A stretch of DNA of 64,000 bases, taken from Phoronis australis. Its lineage: Eukaryota > Animalia > Phoronida. A program made the translations under genes and the position numbers. The stretch is from the NCBI GenBank assembly GCA_002633005.1, contig NMRA01000304.1, positions 27,200 to 91,199 of the forward strand, given 5' to 3'. Shown piece after piece: positions 26,370-38,622 of this stretch. Within the stretch, counting starts at the first letter, position 1; every line of letters begins with the position of its first letter. The notes under the pieces were generated by a model. It worked only from the letters and a program-made list of their open reading frames with translations. It ran no database searches and was not told where the DNA came from.

Positions 26370-27679
26370 CCAAGACTGACCCCCAAACTAGGAACTTATG
26401 TACCTATTCGACGAAATGAGAGCAGTCCGAAACAAAATAAAAACAAAATGAAGCAATTCTGCTACCCTGCAATGCCCAGCAATACCTCGGCCTCTGGTAT
26501 TGGCTATTATTGCACCTCCAATAATCCATCTGGAGCCATTCATAGCTTTTATAGCAACAATTGCAAAAATGACACGGAACAGTGACTAGATCCATGATTT
26601 TCGTACCCGGCCAGAGGTGAAAGTGTCAGGTATAGTCGTCGCGAAAAACCCGATGATTGCTGATCGTTGGAGCTAAAGTACAGTTTTGTAGAACAAGTGA
26701 ATAGATATAGTAAAGTTTAGGACGGAAAGTGACCGACGTCCAAAAAGCAAATTGTTTGTCAAGTAGTACAAATTTAGTGCCACATCCCACTTCTCATTGT
26801 CGAAACGACAGTTTCGTCCCTGGTAAACATTCTTAAGGAAACAAAGAAAGTAATCAACAAACATTCAAGTTCACAAGATATAAAACATACTTCTGAAATA
26901 TATACAGCTTTTAAACTGACTTGGAAATATTGTGCAATTTTTAAACTTTATATCGTTTCATCTCAGTATGGGAGCGGTAGTCCTCTCCATAAATATGACA
27001 CCAATGTCACAGAAATGGAACTGTTAAGGTTTCGTATAAATCCGATAGGCAGTTTCGCAGATATGATGTTCCGGAGTTAGCCAAACTGGGAGACATTTTA
27101 TTTTTCTTGGGTCCACTCATATCCGTAACGTTTAAGTTACATGCCTTTGCAAACAGTACCACAAGGAATATGCACTGGACACTCACACCATTCATTCGAC
27201 TACCTGAAGGTTGGGTTTCTTCGGTCCATGCTCGTTTGTTCATGTGGATTCCAAGGAAGTCCGCTGATTTCCACTAGATTTTCAGGACGAGTATACCTCG
27301 CAGTGAAATCCGACATGACAGATTGTGTGGTAACAACAGCGGTACGCTATTTTTCACCCCGCTAACTGCTGCTATGTAAATGCCGAAGAGCAGTGATTAA
27401 TGGCAGGCCCGACCGGTCTTCGAATTGGCTAAAGAGTCAATTCAGTTATCTAAATCTTCTAGTGAATGACTCAAGTTTTCTTTATTCCTGCTCGAGCAAT
27501 CATCTGAACCGGAAAGACCAGTGAATAATAATCTAAGTGCAAGTTAGCATACTAGGTTGGTTCCGTTCCAGTGCCGCTAGGAGGAGATTAAAAACTTTTC
27601 GTGCTGCACTACTTTCCCACGCGTCGTGGAAAATGACGTCTCTTTCCCGATGCCACACGACTTGCGTAAGTCAACTTTC

Positions 27680-29047
27680 TTAAGAAGTTGGGCTTTGGCT
27701 AAGGATTTTGTAATAATCTCGGATTTGAGTGATCGTATCATCTTCCTCTTCTTGTAGTATTTTCTCCATATTTATTATAATGAACATTGGTTGTTGAATC
27801 ATCTCCTGGTAGGCAATGTCCCGGATGAGACCCTTGATGTTGGTAGGGCTCGGCATTGTTTTACAAGAAAAACTATGCAGACAGCAAATAAGCTTTCTGC
27901 GGTCAACTGCATCAAAAGCACTCAGGGCATTTCCTAAAAGTTTTCTTTTAGAACCCGCCACATAATTAAAAAATGAATCAATCAGTCGTTCTTCGTTGGG
28001 TGTCTCCCCGCAGATCTTACTTACAAAGGCTTTTGACAGTTGAGTGGGTAAGAAGTCACAGCTTTTCCAACCATATACGAATATACGGCCCACTGATTGC
28101 CAATCATCTTCTTTGAATTCGGGGCGCAAACACGGTACCTTTTCATGAACACCCTCAGTTGCTTCACTATAAAACTCATACCAAAACCGACAGATGCAGT
28201 CTTTGATAACTGTGGGCGATTCACTTTTCTTCTTCTTCCCATTGGTCAGCGACACACTGACAGAAAGCTTAGCATTCAAAATATTAGGATTTTTGAACGC
28301 ATCTATCATGCTAGTCAACGGATCAAGTATTTCAATACTGATAGTGAGAGGTAGTTGTGACGAGGGTGTTGCGACGTGGTTAGTTGTACTGTCGCCAGAC
28401 GGCGCGGGTGAAGGTGAATTCTTAAGAAGTGCTTCAAGTTCAGACCAGTTCCAACTATAACAAAGCGATTCCGAGATAGTCTCTGACAAATGGCCGCCTT
28501 CCAGTAGGCCACTGCTTATATATCCTTCGTTTAAACAGCACACATTGTCAGGTGCAGCACCTGTTGTGCAACTAGGGTCCATTGTGCCGGTGTTACATAC
28601 ATGTATGGTCGATGGTCCGTTCACAGAATCTGCATGTATGAGGCCTACTGTGGTGGTACTTGTGGACATAACTGCAGTTAAATTGGTCGATGATTGCTCC
28701 ATAAAAGATACAGACCCTGTTGTTGTACTGGTTGGCATAATAACTGGATCGCAATTGACTGGAGGTCCATCTTTTGAAGCCAGGGAGTTTGTGGTGGTAC
28801 AAGTAGACATCAAATCTACATTACAATCGGTTGATAGTTCATCTACTGAAAGTTCCGCATCTGGTGTGGTATCAGTCGCCATAGCAGCAGCAGCAGCAGC
28901 AGCAGCAGTAGCAGCAGCCTCACAACCGATCAACGGTTCATCAGAGGCTATTACAAGACAGGAACTCTGCGCCGTATTACATTCGCTACGCAGGTAAAGT
29001 CTCAACATCTTAACACCTGTCTTTTCATACAAGTCCCCGATTGTCTC
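27680..29047 (-). CDS. Allelic partial copy of the HECT N-lobe-like ORF (5' part cut by the N at 29048)
   Basis: Nearly identical to the C-terminal ~455 aa of 31294-32964. The MEQNAHAX start in the ORF track is a join artefact. Confidence 0.6.
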   Translation of the reverse strand, partial: ETIGDLYEKTGVKMLRLYLRSECNTAQSSCLVIASDEPLIGCEAAATAAAAAAAAMATDTTPDAELSVDELSTDCNVDLMSTCTTTNSLASKDGPPVNCDPVIMPTSTTTGSVSFMEQSSTNLTAVMSTSTTTVGLIHADSVNGPSTIHVCNTGTMDPSCTTGAAPDNVCCLNEGYISSGLLEGGHLSETISESLCYSWNWSELEALLKNSPSPAPSGDSTTNHVATPSSQLPLTISIEILDPLTSMIDAFKNPNILNAKLSVSVSLTNGKKKKSESPTVIKDCICRFWYEFYSEATEGVHEKVPCLRPEFKEDDWQSVGRIFVYGWKSCDFLPTQLSKAFVSKICGETPNEERLIDSFFNYVAGSKRKLLGNALSAFDAVDRRKLICCLHSFSCKTMPSPTNIKGLIRDIAYQEMIQQPMFIIINMEKILQEEEDDTITQIRDYYKILSQSPTS

Positions 29048-29148
29048 NTGCGCATGGGCATTTTGCTCCATTTATGTATGCGCAGTTCCCCAACTTCACA
29101 CCATCTACCAGACACTTCACCGATCGCCCATTTTTTTCAAAACATTTT

Positions 29149-29833
29149 TTATCGTAATCTATTTTGCCCGGGGTACGCCACGAGCTATGTTGCAGAGTAA
29201 AACAAGAGGAGGATTGGGAATATTGTCATTTATTATGACGTAAATAGATAAAACTAACTAAGACTCTGCAAGATGGGCATGAACAAAACGCCCACTGGCG
29301 TGTACAATGAATAGCCCTGAAAGAGGGAACAAAACAAAAGAACCGCCTGAAGGGCTTAAAGGAAAAGTACAGAACATGAACACAAAACTTGAAAAAACCT
29401 AACAGGAAACCGACACCCGGGATGGGGGGTGGGGAAACAATGCAGAGGACGAACGTAGGTCTTGTAGACGACGAGGTAGGTGGCTGAATGAGAGACCACG
29501 TTGAACTGAACAAAGGAAATATGGGCGACCAATCAGGAGTCGCGTAGAGAAATGTATGAATACATAAGTAGGCCCTTGAGGTTATAAATAGAGATGAGTA
29601 ATGCAAAATAAACCCTAAGGACTGGTATCAAAATAAAGAGACAAGTGTCAAAATAATGACGATAAATGCATTTAACAAGTTAAATTTAATTTATCGTAAT
29701 CTATTTTGCCCGGGGTACGCCACGAGCTATGTTGCAGAGTAAAACATGAGGAGGATTGGGAATATTGTCATTTATTATGACGTAAATAGATAAAACTAAC
29801 TAAGACTCTGCAAGATGGGCATGGACAAAACGC
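29149..29833. mobile_element. Allele-specific insertion bounded by ~145-bp direct repeats (29149-29293 and 29690-29833)
   Basis: TTTATCGTAATCTATTTTGCCCGGGG...GGGCATG.ACAAAACGCC occurs twice. The segment is absent from the corresponding site of copy 1 (~26285). Confidence 0.55.
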
Positions 29834-30299
29834 CATAATGGCAGCACGGGAATGCTGACATCGCCCATCCGAGGAAGCGGAACCCGGGCAATAACAAGGT
29901 ACTCAGCCTCGTCCCCAGGCCTCAGTCAAGATGGCTAAACCCATTAGCGCCATCTTGAGACTTGGGGACGAGTCTGGCCAAGACTGACCCCCGAAATAGA
30001 AACTTATGTACCTATTCGACGAAATAAGACCAGTCTGAAACAAAATAAAAACAAAATGAAACAATTCTGCTATCCTGTAATGCCCAGCAATACTCAGCAA
30101 TACCTCGGCCTCTGGCATTGGCTATTATTGCACCTCCAATAATCCATCTGGAGCCATTCATAGTTTTTATAGCAACAATTGCAAAAATGACACAGAATAT
30201 TGACTAGCTCCATGATTTTCGTACCCGGCCAGGGGCGAAACTGTCATGTATAGTCGTCGCTAAAAACCTGATGATTGTTGATCGTTGGAGCTAAAGTAC

Positions 30300-30990
30300 A
30301 GTTTTGTAGAACAAGTGAATAGATATAGTAAAGTTTAGGACGGAAAGTGACTGACGTCCAAAAAGCAAATTGTTTGTCAATTAGTACAAATTTAGTGCCA
30401 CATCACACTTCTCATTGTCGAAACGACGGTTTCGTCCCTGGTAAACATTATTAAAGAAACAAAGAAAATAATCAACAAACATTCAAGTTCGCAAGAAATA
30501 AAGCATACTTCTGAAATATATACAAATTTAAACTGACTTGGAAAGTGTGCAGTTTTTAAACTTTATATCGTTTCATCTCAATATGGGAGCAGTAGTCATC
30601 TCCGTAAATAAGACACCAATGTCACAGAAATGGAACTGTTAAGGTTTCATATAAATCCGACAGGCAGTTTCTCAGATATGATGTACCGGAGTTAGCCAAA
30701 CCGGGAGACATTTTATTTTTCTTGGGTCTACACATATCCGTAACGTTTAAGTTACATGCCTTTGCAAACAGTACCACAAGGAATATGCACTGGACACTCA
30801 CACCATTCATTCGATTACCTGAAGGTTGGGTTTCTTGGGTTCATGTTCGTTTGTTCATGTGGATTCCAAGGAAGTCCGCTGATTTCCACTTGATTTTCAG
30901 GACGAGTATACCTCGCAGTGAAATCGACATGACAGATTGTGTGGTAACAACAGCGGTACGTTATTTTTCACCCCGCGAACTGCTGCTATG
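30300..30990 (+). pseudogene. Possible highly decayed IS3EU-like DDE transposase (also ~26690-27380 in copy 1)
   Basis: Short collinear fragments across frames, clearest in copy 1: GSGS.LH.Y..M.QK, D.PE, FFLGP, (W)H.D, VHA...GF.RK. They resemble remembered motifs GSGxLxGYRxM / DPEG / GPN..WHxD / IHGxIDGFSR. Weak and by eye only. Confidence 0.3.
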
Positions 30991-31293
30991 TAAATGCTGA
31001 AGAGCAGCTATTAATGGCAGGCCCGACCGGTCTTCGACTTAGCTAAAGAGTCAATTCAATTATCTAAATCTTCTAGTGAATGACTCGTGTTTTCTTTATT
31101 CCTGCTCGAGCAATCATCTGAACCGGAAAGACCAGTGAATAATAATCTAAGTGCAAGTTAGCATACTAGGTTGGTTCCGTTCCAGTGCCGCTAGGAGGAG
31201 ATTAAACACTTTTCGTGCTGCACTACTTTCCCACGCGTCGTGGAAAATGACGTCTCTTTCCCAATGCCACACGACTTGGGTAAATCAGCTTTC

Positions 31294-32964
31294 TTAAGAA
31301 GTTGGGCTTTGGCTAAGGATTTTGTAATAATCTCGGATCTGAGTGATCGTATCAGCTTCCTCTTCTTGCAGTATTTTCTCCATATTTATTATAATGAACA
31401 TTGGTTGTTGAATCATCTCCTGATAGGCAATGTCCCGGATGAGACCCTTGATGTTAGTAGGGCTCGGCATTGTTTTACAAGAAAAACTATGCAGACAGCA
31501 AATAAGCTTTCTGCGGTCAACTGCATCAAAAGCACTCAGGGCATTTCCTAAAAGTTTTCTTTTAGAACCGGCCACATAATTAAAAAATGAATCAATCAGT
31601 CGTTCTTCGTTGGGTGTCTCCCCGCAGATCTTACTTACAAAGGCCTTTGACAGTTGAGTGGGTAAGAAGTCACAGCTTTTCCAACCATATACGAATATAC
31701 GGCCCACTGATTGCCAATCATCTTCTTTGAATTCGGGGCGCAAACACGGTACCTTTTCATGAACACCCTCAGTTGCTTCACTATAAAACTCATACCAAAA
31801 CCGACAGATGCAGTCTTTGATAACTGTGGGCGATTCACTTTTCTTCTTCTTCCCATTGGTCAGCGACACACTGACAGAAAGCTTAGCATTCAAAATATTA
31901 GGATTTTTGAACGCATCTATCATGCTAGTCAACGGATCAAGTATTTCAATACTGATAGTGAGAGGTAGTTGTGACGAGGGTGTTGCGACGTGGTTAGTTG
32001 TACTGTCGCCAGACGGCGCGGGTGAAGGTGAATTCTTAAGAAGTGCTTCAAGTTCAGACCAGTTCCAACTATAACAAAGCGATTCCGAGATAGTCTCTGA
32101 CAAATGGCCGCCTTCCAGTAGGCCACTGCTTATATATCCTTCGTTTAAACAGCACACATTGTCAGGTGCAGCACCTGTTGTGCAACTAGGGTCCATTGTG
32201 CCTGTGTTACATACATGTATGGTCGATGGTCCGTTCACAGAATCTGCATGTATGAGGCCTACTGTGGTGGTACTTGTGGACATAACTGCAGTTAAATTGG
32301 TCGATGATTGCTCCATAAAAGATACAGACCCTGTTGTTGTACTGGTTGGCATAATAACTGGATCGCAATTGACTAGAGGTCCATCCTTTGAAGCCAGAGA
32401 GTTTGTGGTGGTACAAGTAGACATAAAATCTACATTACAATCGGTTGATAGTTCATCTACTGAAAGTTCCGCATCTGCTGTGGTATCAGTCGCCATGATA
32501 GCAGCAGCAGCAGCAGCAGCAGTAGCAGCAGCAGCCTCACAACCGATCAACGGTTCATCAGAGGCTATTACAAGACAGGAACTCTGCGCCGTATTACATT
32601 CGCTACGCAGGTAAAGTCTCAACATCTTAACACCTGTCTTTTCATACAAGTCCCCTATTGTCTCATTTTCATTGACAAGACGTCCGTTATAATTTACCAT
32701 GGAGAATTTGAGTCCGTTTGCAAGCCACCCACGTTGTGATTTTCCATCAGGGAAGAAGCATTCTATTGCTTTCTGCTTGACTTTTTTAACAGTTTCATCA
32801 AATCTAAATTGTAATTTTTTCGTGCCTCCTCCGTTTTTCTTTCGTATTTGCTTAAGCTGACCTCCTTCCACGTGTTTCCACCCAACGTCAACCCTACGTA
32901 AGGTAGATTTTGCATTTATATTCCCTCGCAGTTTCTGGGAACGAATACTACTTTTACACGACAT
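31294..32964 (-). CDS. 556-aa protein: basic N-terminal domain, poly-Ala and Ser/Thr-rich linker, HECT N-lobe-like region without catalytic C-lobe
   Basis: Long intact ORF. N-terminal RRVDVGWKH...QIRKKNGGGTKK. C-terminal FWYEF...EG..EKVP.LRPEF...DWQSVGRIFVYGW...LP..LS and IAYQEMIQQPMFI are typical of G2E3-like HECT domains of invertebrates. Possible splice acceptor at 33092. Confidence 0.7.
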   Translation of the reverse strand: MSCKSSIRSQKLRGNINAKSTLRRVDVGWKHVEGGQLKQIRKKNGGGTKKLQFRFDETVKKVKQKAIECFFPDGKSQRGWLANGLKFSMVNYNGRLVNENETIGDLYEKTGVKMLRLYLRSECNTAQSSCLVIASDEPLIGCEAAAATAAAAAAAIMATDTTADAELSVDELSTDCNVDFMSTCTTTNSLASKDGPLVNCDPVIMPTSTTTGSVSFMEQSSTNLTAVMSTSTTTVGLIHADSVNGPSTIHVCNTGTMDPSCTTGAAPDNVCCLNEGYISSGLLEGGHLSETISESLCYSWNWSELEALLKNSPSPAPSGDSTTNHVATPSSQLPLTISIEILDPLTSMIDAFKNPNILNAKLSVSVSLTNGKKKKSESPTVIKDCICRFWYEFYSEATEGVHEKVPCLRPEFKEDDWQSVGRIFVYGWKSCDFLPTQLSKAFVSKICGETPNEERLIDSFFNYVAGSKRKLLGNALSAFDAVDRRKLICCLHSFSCKTMPSPTNIKGLIRDIAYQEMIQQPMFIIINMEKILQEEEADTITQIRDYYKILSQSPTS

Positions 32965-33187
32965 TACTGTTTTCCGTAGATGAGGGCGATTTTTTAAAGT
33001 TCCTTTTTATCAAAAATACTGTGGGCTATCCAACAAATCAGCTGTTCAAAATTAAGAGTACACTACGTCCTGTGACATCTTTAACAGTCACCTGAAATGA
33101 ATCAAACTGAAATTATATTTCGGCCATACTTATACACAAAAAATAAAGAGAGCAACATTAATAATTGACTGCATCCGTATTAGGGCA

Positions 33188-33245
33188 CCACACACACACA
33201 CGCACACACACGCATGCACACGCGCGCGCACACTCGCACACACAC
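33188..33245. repeat. (CA)n/(CG)n microsatellite
   Basis: Direct reading of the sequence. Confidence 0.85.
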
Positions 33246-35200
33246 CAACGATCACAATGAGTGCTTGCGTTTTACATTCACGCTCATTTTTAACTCAAAA
33301 ATTAAGATGAAATGCCCCTATGTGAATGAAAATAGCTAAAACACTTAAAAGGGGCTTGATGGCAGTCAGTCTTTCTTACGAACATATTTCAATGCAAGGA
33401 AAGAAAAAATCGAGGAATTTTCTTTTTGGTTTTATTAACAACCCTGAGACAATTTTTGCCAGTTTGACAAGAAAACGCAACATCACTGATAATTCGCGAG
33501 TTGACTGCATATTTGATGGGAAAAATTGAAGTGAATATGATTTCCATTCCATCGACATTTGTCGCCGTACTGAGTAGCCTCAACGGTCTGGCGAGTGTTG
33601 CGTGACTGGACATCGTTCCAAGTCCACTGGTTTCTGACCCATTCGAAAAGAATGACGATGGGCTGTGATTGTAGGCCGCCTTAGCTCGTTCATAAAATCT
33701 TGTTTTTATGTACACGTCGCCCATGTCTCTAAACGAATGTCGCCGAATTTTTCAGCGGCGCACTTCCCTACAAAAACATAGTCAGCGTCTCTCTCAGTTT
33801 CGAGCCGTTTTAGTTCGGAGTCACTTCGCAGATAATTTACTAAACATTGATTGAAAGAACTTTGGAGGAGTAAGTAAACATGTCTCACAAGCTTCAAATG
33901 TTGTTCTTGGTTCATCTCTGCACTAATTCTGAATGTTGTAGGGCAGCTTGTTGATATCTGAATCTCCGAACGAGTTTTTGGCTGAGCTAGTCACATGATC
34001 TTGATACACCGTGAAGCTAAAATGCAATTAAATTTTGGTGAATTTAATGGTGATAGAAAGAATTTTCTACACTCTTTTTGACTATAAAACAAGTTAAGAG
34101 GTAACACCAAGAGTTTTGATATACATGTATTTACCATAATTTGATGGCCTTGAATAAATAAATAACTACATGGGGAGATTAATTACAATTTGGTTTACTG
34201 CATTTGGTACTTGTGACCTCCCGCCGAAGTCAAATGCTATCAAGGCAAAGTTGAGTGCAAACCGCCCACGAGTGGAATTCCAAATCCAACGAGTCAATAT
34301 ACCATCTGACCCACAACAAATTGCAACAAAAGGATTTACATTGGATTTATGCCCTACTGGGTATACTTATGCCCTACTGGGTCATTTCCAAGATGGCCGC
34401 CACAACGTTTCGAAATCACTAACATCTTCAATAATTACGATAGAGATATATTTTTTGGTTTTAGTCTATGGTTTTAAGAGGTGAGCAACTCACTGGTGTG
34501 GTTGAAATTCACATATGATCAGTATTTGATATGGAATTCGTGATGGCGGATAAAATTCAAGAACTAAAAATCAATATTTGTCCATTATATCGGGTGACCA
34601 AAAACGTTTCCAAATTCAACCTTTATTTTTTCGAAAAATAATCATTGAAATTGCAAGCAATTTTGCACATCTTCATATCAATCTATTATCAGTACACCAT
34701 AAAAATTATAATGATACACTGTGTTTTCACTCCACGACAACGATGGCGACACTTGGCAATCAATATACTCAGGAGTGTGTTTTCAAGAGTTGTGCCATAA
34801 AAATGTTTTGTCGGTTGGGTGCTACATTTTGTGAAGTAAAGATAGTGTTTTCAAGTGCTAAGAACGTGTTAATTGGGGTTAATTACAACACATGTTTTAC
34901 ACAAAGTCCTGACTGTAATCTAATGAACTACAGTGTTTGGAATGAGTTGACAAAGAAGTGTATCAATGTTGTACAGGTTGTATTTTGCTCAATAACTTAG
35001 ACTTGCAAAACGTCTTCTTTACTTTTAAAAAAGGTATTAGTCAGTATCAAAAACACCTGGTGCAAGTAAAATATTTGTTCGTCGCCGGACGTAACGCATC
35101 AACGATTAGGTTACAATTCCATCCAAGAATGTTATGTTCATTACACGTACTGCCTCAATTCAGTCCTCGTCACTGTCTCCAAGTTCCTCAGAAACTTGAT

Positions 35201-37304
35201 TTAGTGGATTGCCACAGTCGCTTGGCACAATCCACACGCTGATGTACATGGAAGCCCATTCTTTTTGCAACTGCTGCGGGGAGTACTACAAGCTGTGGAA
35301 CAGTTGCAGTGTATCATCTTCAGGAGAGTGTCTGATGCAACATTCATGACAGTCATGATGGGCATGAATCGACTGTCTTCAAGTCTCCAGCCACAGTCTA
35401 GTGGATCCAGGCCATTTGCCATCCCCATCCAAACCATGACTTGGTAGAACATTCGAGACAATGAAACCTGGTGGACGTTTCCGTCGGTGGAAAACGCTCA
35501 GGAGTAACGAAAGACTTAGCAGCAGCAACTTTCTTCGTGAATATGTTGTAATGCATGGCAACCAGAGAACACGTGCTCTCCACACCAAACATTGCGACCA
35601 TCGCTTGGCTGCCAAGATTCTCTATCTCAGCAGGGCTCACACCTTTCGCTCTGAATGTGTCTGCGCACAACTGGAGGACTTGGTCATCTTTCGCGAGTTT
35701 CTGAGAGACCTATTTCTTTCCAACGCCATATACACAAGACGTTGAGTCGCATCCTGTGAAAGAGTGTAAAAATAGTAGCTGAGTACACAACTTAATCCAG
35801 AGCATACACTTCGTCCAATTTATGTCGCATACTCTCAGATTCGTTCTTGACTTGTTGTCTGATCTGAAAAATTGTGGTTTACCATCAGCCATACAGTAAT
35901 GGAGCATAAGCATCAACAGCTCAGTGTCCTTGCCGATTACTGTGGTGGAATGCATAATTGTACTGTTTACTGCTGTCTTCGCAATGTCCAAGACCCCTTC
36001 TGCCTGAACAACTGTGCAATCCACTTTTTGAAGCTGGTCACTTATTAGGGAGATCAGTTGTTGCTTGTTACTGCCGATAGCTAGGAATTCCTCTCTCTTA
36101 ACCATCAAATTCCGTTTCTCCGATGAAGTTCACAGTCGGATAGCTACTGGCCTGTCTCCGTCTCTGCTGAGTGTTATCCTTTATCGAAGGACCTGCACCA
36201 TAGCCATCCAACGACAACAGTGGCTGCCTCATAGTGCTTTGCTGTGAAATCAGCATACGCTCCGGCAATTTTTCTATACCTATCTCCCTTCTTCCATTTG
36301 AGCTTGTGCAGCAAGGATCCCCCATCAAGCACATATCTTTCAGTCTGGAGGCGTACTGAAGGTGTGGAGTTTGGTGCTCCTTCACGTGCATGGGCCTTGG
36401 AACACTGGTCATTGACAGCTTGAGCCAGTTGAGGTTTGTCAGCCTTCTTCAAGAGGAATGGTGGGTATGCACTGTGCTCGAAACTAACCACTTCCTCAAG
36501 AGACAAGTCGCCTGACCGGGATACCACCAGGAATCGCTGGAAGAGTAAGCTAGGATCGATTGGGTTCTGTCAGGACCAACCTGGACAGCAGCTGCGTTTC
36601 TCAGAGTGTTAGCTTGCTCTATCCTCTTAAAAGAGAAAGAAAACACAGGTTGGGTTGTCGGACCATTCTCTCAACGATTTTGTTCCCAGCAGGTTCATAT
36701 TCATGCACGTTGATGTCTGCGTTGGCAACAACACCATTGATGACATTGCTTAGCGCAGGGTCTGGGGAGAAGGGTGAAAATGCGGTCAGCTTTGTGGTTA
36801 TCTTCGTAAAGACTCATGAATCTCTTTCAAATCTGGCACCAGTTGCTTCTTTGTGTTGTTCGCTTGTTGTGTACGTGTTGAAATCCTGCTAGGTGATGTT
36901 CACCTCTCTGACGTTACGGGGGCCGACATTGTCTACAATGCTCGCTGCACATCTATCATCTCACTACCATGAGTCAAGACGCCTGTGTTTTTTAGCGATC
37001 GCATCGCTTGTTCAATGGCTAGACCACAGCGGAGGCCTGAACAAACTGATGTATTTGCCGAATTACATGAAGCCCATGTTTGAAACTTCGCATACACATC
37101 TGGATGTTTGCTTTCTAGATCAGCCATTTCTTTTATATACATTTTTCTGTAGAGGTAAGCGGATTTCAGGTAATTTTGGTGTTCAGCTGCAGCAAATATT
37201 GGCAAGGCATCACCAACAGCTTGCAAGTGAACATTCCAAGACCGAGTGCGATCTGCCTTGATCATTGCCAAGGAGTATGGAGCATCTTCTAATAACCCAG
37301 CCAC
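35201..37304 (-). pseudogene. Frameshifted Academ-type transposase with XPG-like nuclease motif and C-terminal Cys-rich zinc finger
   Basis: Fragments ADRTRSWNVHL..F.A...NY.KSA, YVLDGGSLLH, LHSFTGCDSTS..YGVGK (XPG/FEN1 H3TH GCD motif), PPT...FYQVMVW...GW, and CNCSTACSTPRSSCKKNGLPCTSACGLC. Confidence 0.8.
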
Positions 37305-37332
37305 AGACTATTTGCTAAGTTCAGACTTCTTC

Positions 37333-38622
37333 AGATACGTAGGATCTTAAAAGCCACAAATTCTACAGCATGGTTAAGTCTCCTCTTAAACACTGGCTTG
37401 ATATCATTAGAGTATCTAAAATTTGGGAACTATTTCTACAAATATGCCGCTTCTCAAATTGAGAACCTTTTTGGAAGGAACTATTTAACTTTCTGTATGA
37501 TTTTTCTAATATGATAGATCAGGAGGAAATACCATATCAGCCAATTTGGTATAACAATTATGTATTGATTGGTGGAGAAACTGTGTTTTGGATAAGATGG
37601 TTTGAAAAAGGTGTTTATTATATCTCAGACCTACTAGACGAGCATGGATATTTGTTATCTTTTGAAGATTTTTGCAAAAAGTTCAATTTTAGACCAATGT
37701 TTTTGAATTTTTATGGGCTCAAAGAGGCTGTTTGTCAAAAATGGAAAATCTCAAAAAGAGACAAGTTTTCCTGCACTCTTTATCCCAATTTTTGTGAAAT
37801 TATTACTTGCAGACAAAAGGGTACAAAACATATATACAACACTTTTGTGCTAAACAAATATTCTAGGCCTAGGTCTGAGATGAGGTGGCAGGCAGAACTT
37901 GCTATACCAGACACTATTGAATGGTGGAAAATGCCTACTTTGTGAACTTTACACTTGATGTGAAACTTCGTTGGTTTCAAGTTAGACTGTCAATAGGATA
38001 ATCAGCTGTCACTCTTATCTTGTCAAAATTGGGGTTAGTAACTCCGCCTTGTGTACGTTTTGTAAGAGTGAAACTGAGACTTTGCTTCACTTATAATGGC
38101 AATGTGATGTTGTTCGAAATTTTTGGAACAATGTTGAACATTGGGTTAGAAAAAAACCCAATATTTCCCTTACAGTTTTCTTTGGAAACAGATGTACAGA
38201 GCAGCCAATTCAAAACTTAATATTGTGTCTTTGCAAGTTTCATTTATATAAGCAACGTCTCAAGGGTAAACCTCCAAATTAAATTATATTAACAAAAGAA
38301 ATTAACAGTTATTACTCCTGTGAAAAATATATTTATTCAAAAAATTTACAAATGGAAAAATTTACAAACAGGTGGTCACAAATGCATAATTCAATAGCAA
38401 TGTAAGGATATTTTATCATTCCAAAATACTCTCTCCCCTTTTCAGTGTCATGTACTACTACACTGTCTTGTATGTTTTTTTCAAATGTATTTCTAAAATC
38501 CGGTTCAAGTATACATTTAACTTAGTAAACTTTAATTTCATTGAATTGTAAAGTAAGGCATGGGAATCCCAGACCTTTGTCCTTACTTATGTTGAAGAGA
38601 ATAAAAAAATTAAAAGAAAAAT
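37333..38622 (+). mobile_element. 5'-truncated L1/Tx1-clade LINE nested in the Academ element
   Basis: QPIWYNNYVLIGGETVFWIRWFEKGVYYISDLLD, KLRWFQ and LCTFCKSETETLLHL. A-rich tail at 38599-38621. 14-bp TSD GTTCAGACTTCTTC at 37319-37332 and 38623-38636. Confidence 0.9.

Larger units (their letters stand above)
26162..32664. other. Haplotype-like duplication 26162-29047 / 29049-32664 across a single N (29048)
   Basis: Collinear and highly similar copies joined at an N. Copy 2 carries an extra ~750-bp segment. Confidence 0.75.

Noticed and set aside
27680-29071. Second HECT-like gene as a true tandem paralog
   Set aside because: It is cut at a single N and nearly identical to 31294-32664, so most likely an uncollapsed allele.
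28021-32614. Short antisense and alternate-frame ORFs overlapping the HECT-like ORFs
   Set aside because: Shadow ORFs of the main reading frame. The same applies to those overlapping the TLR.
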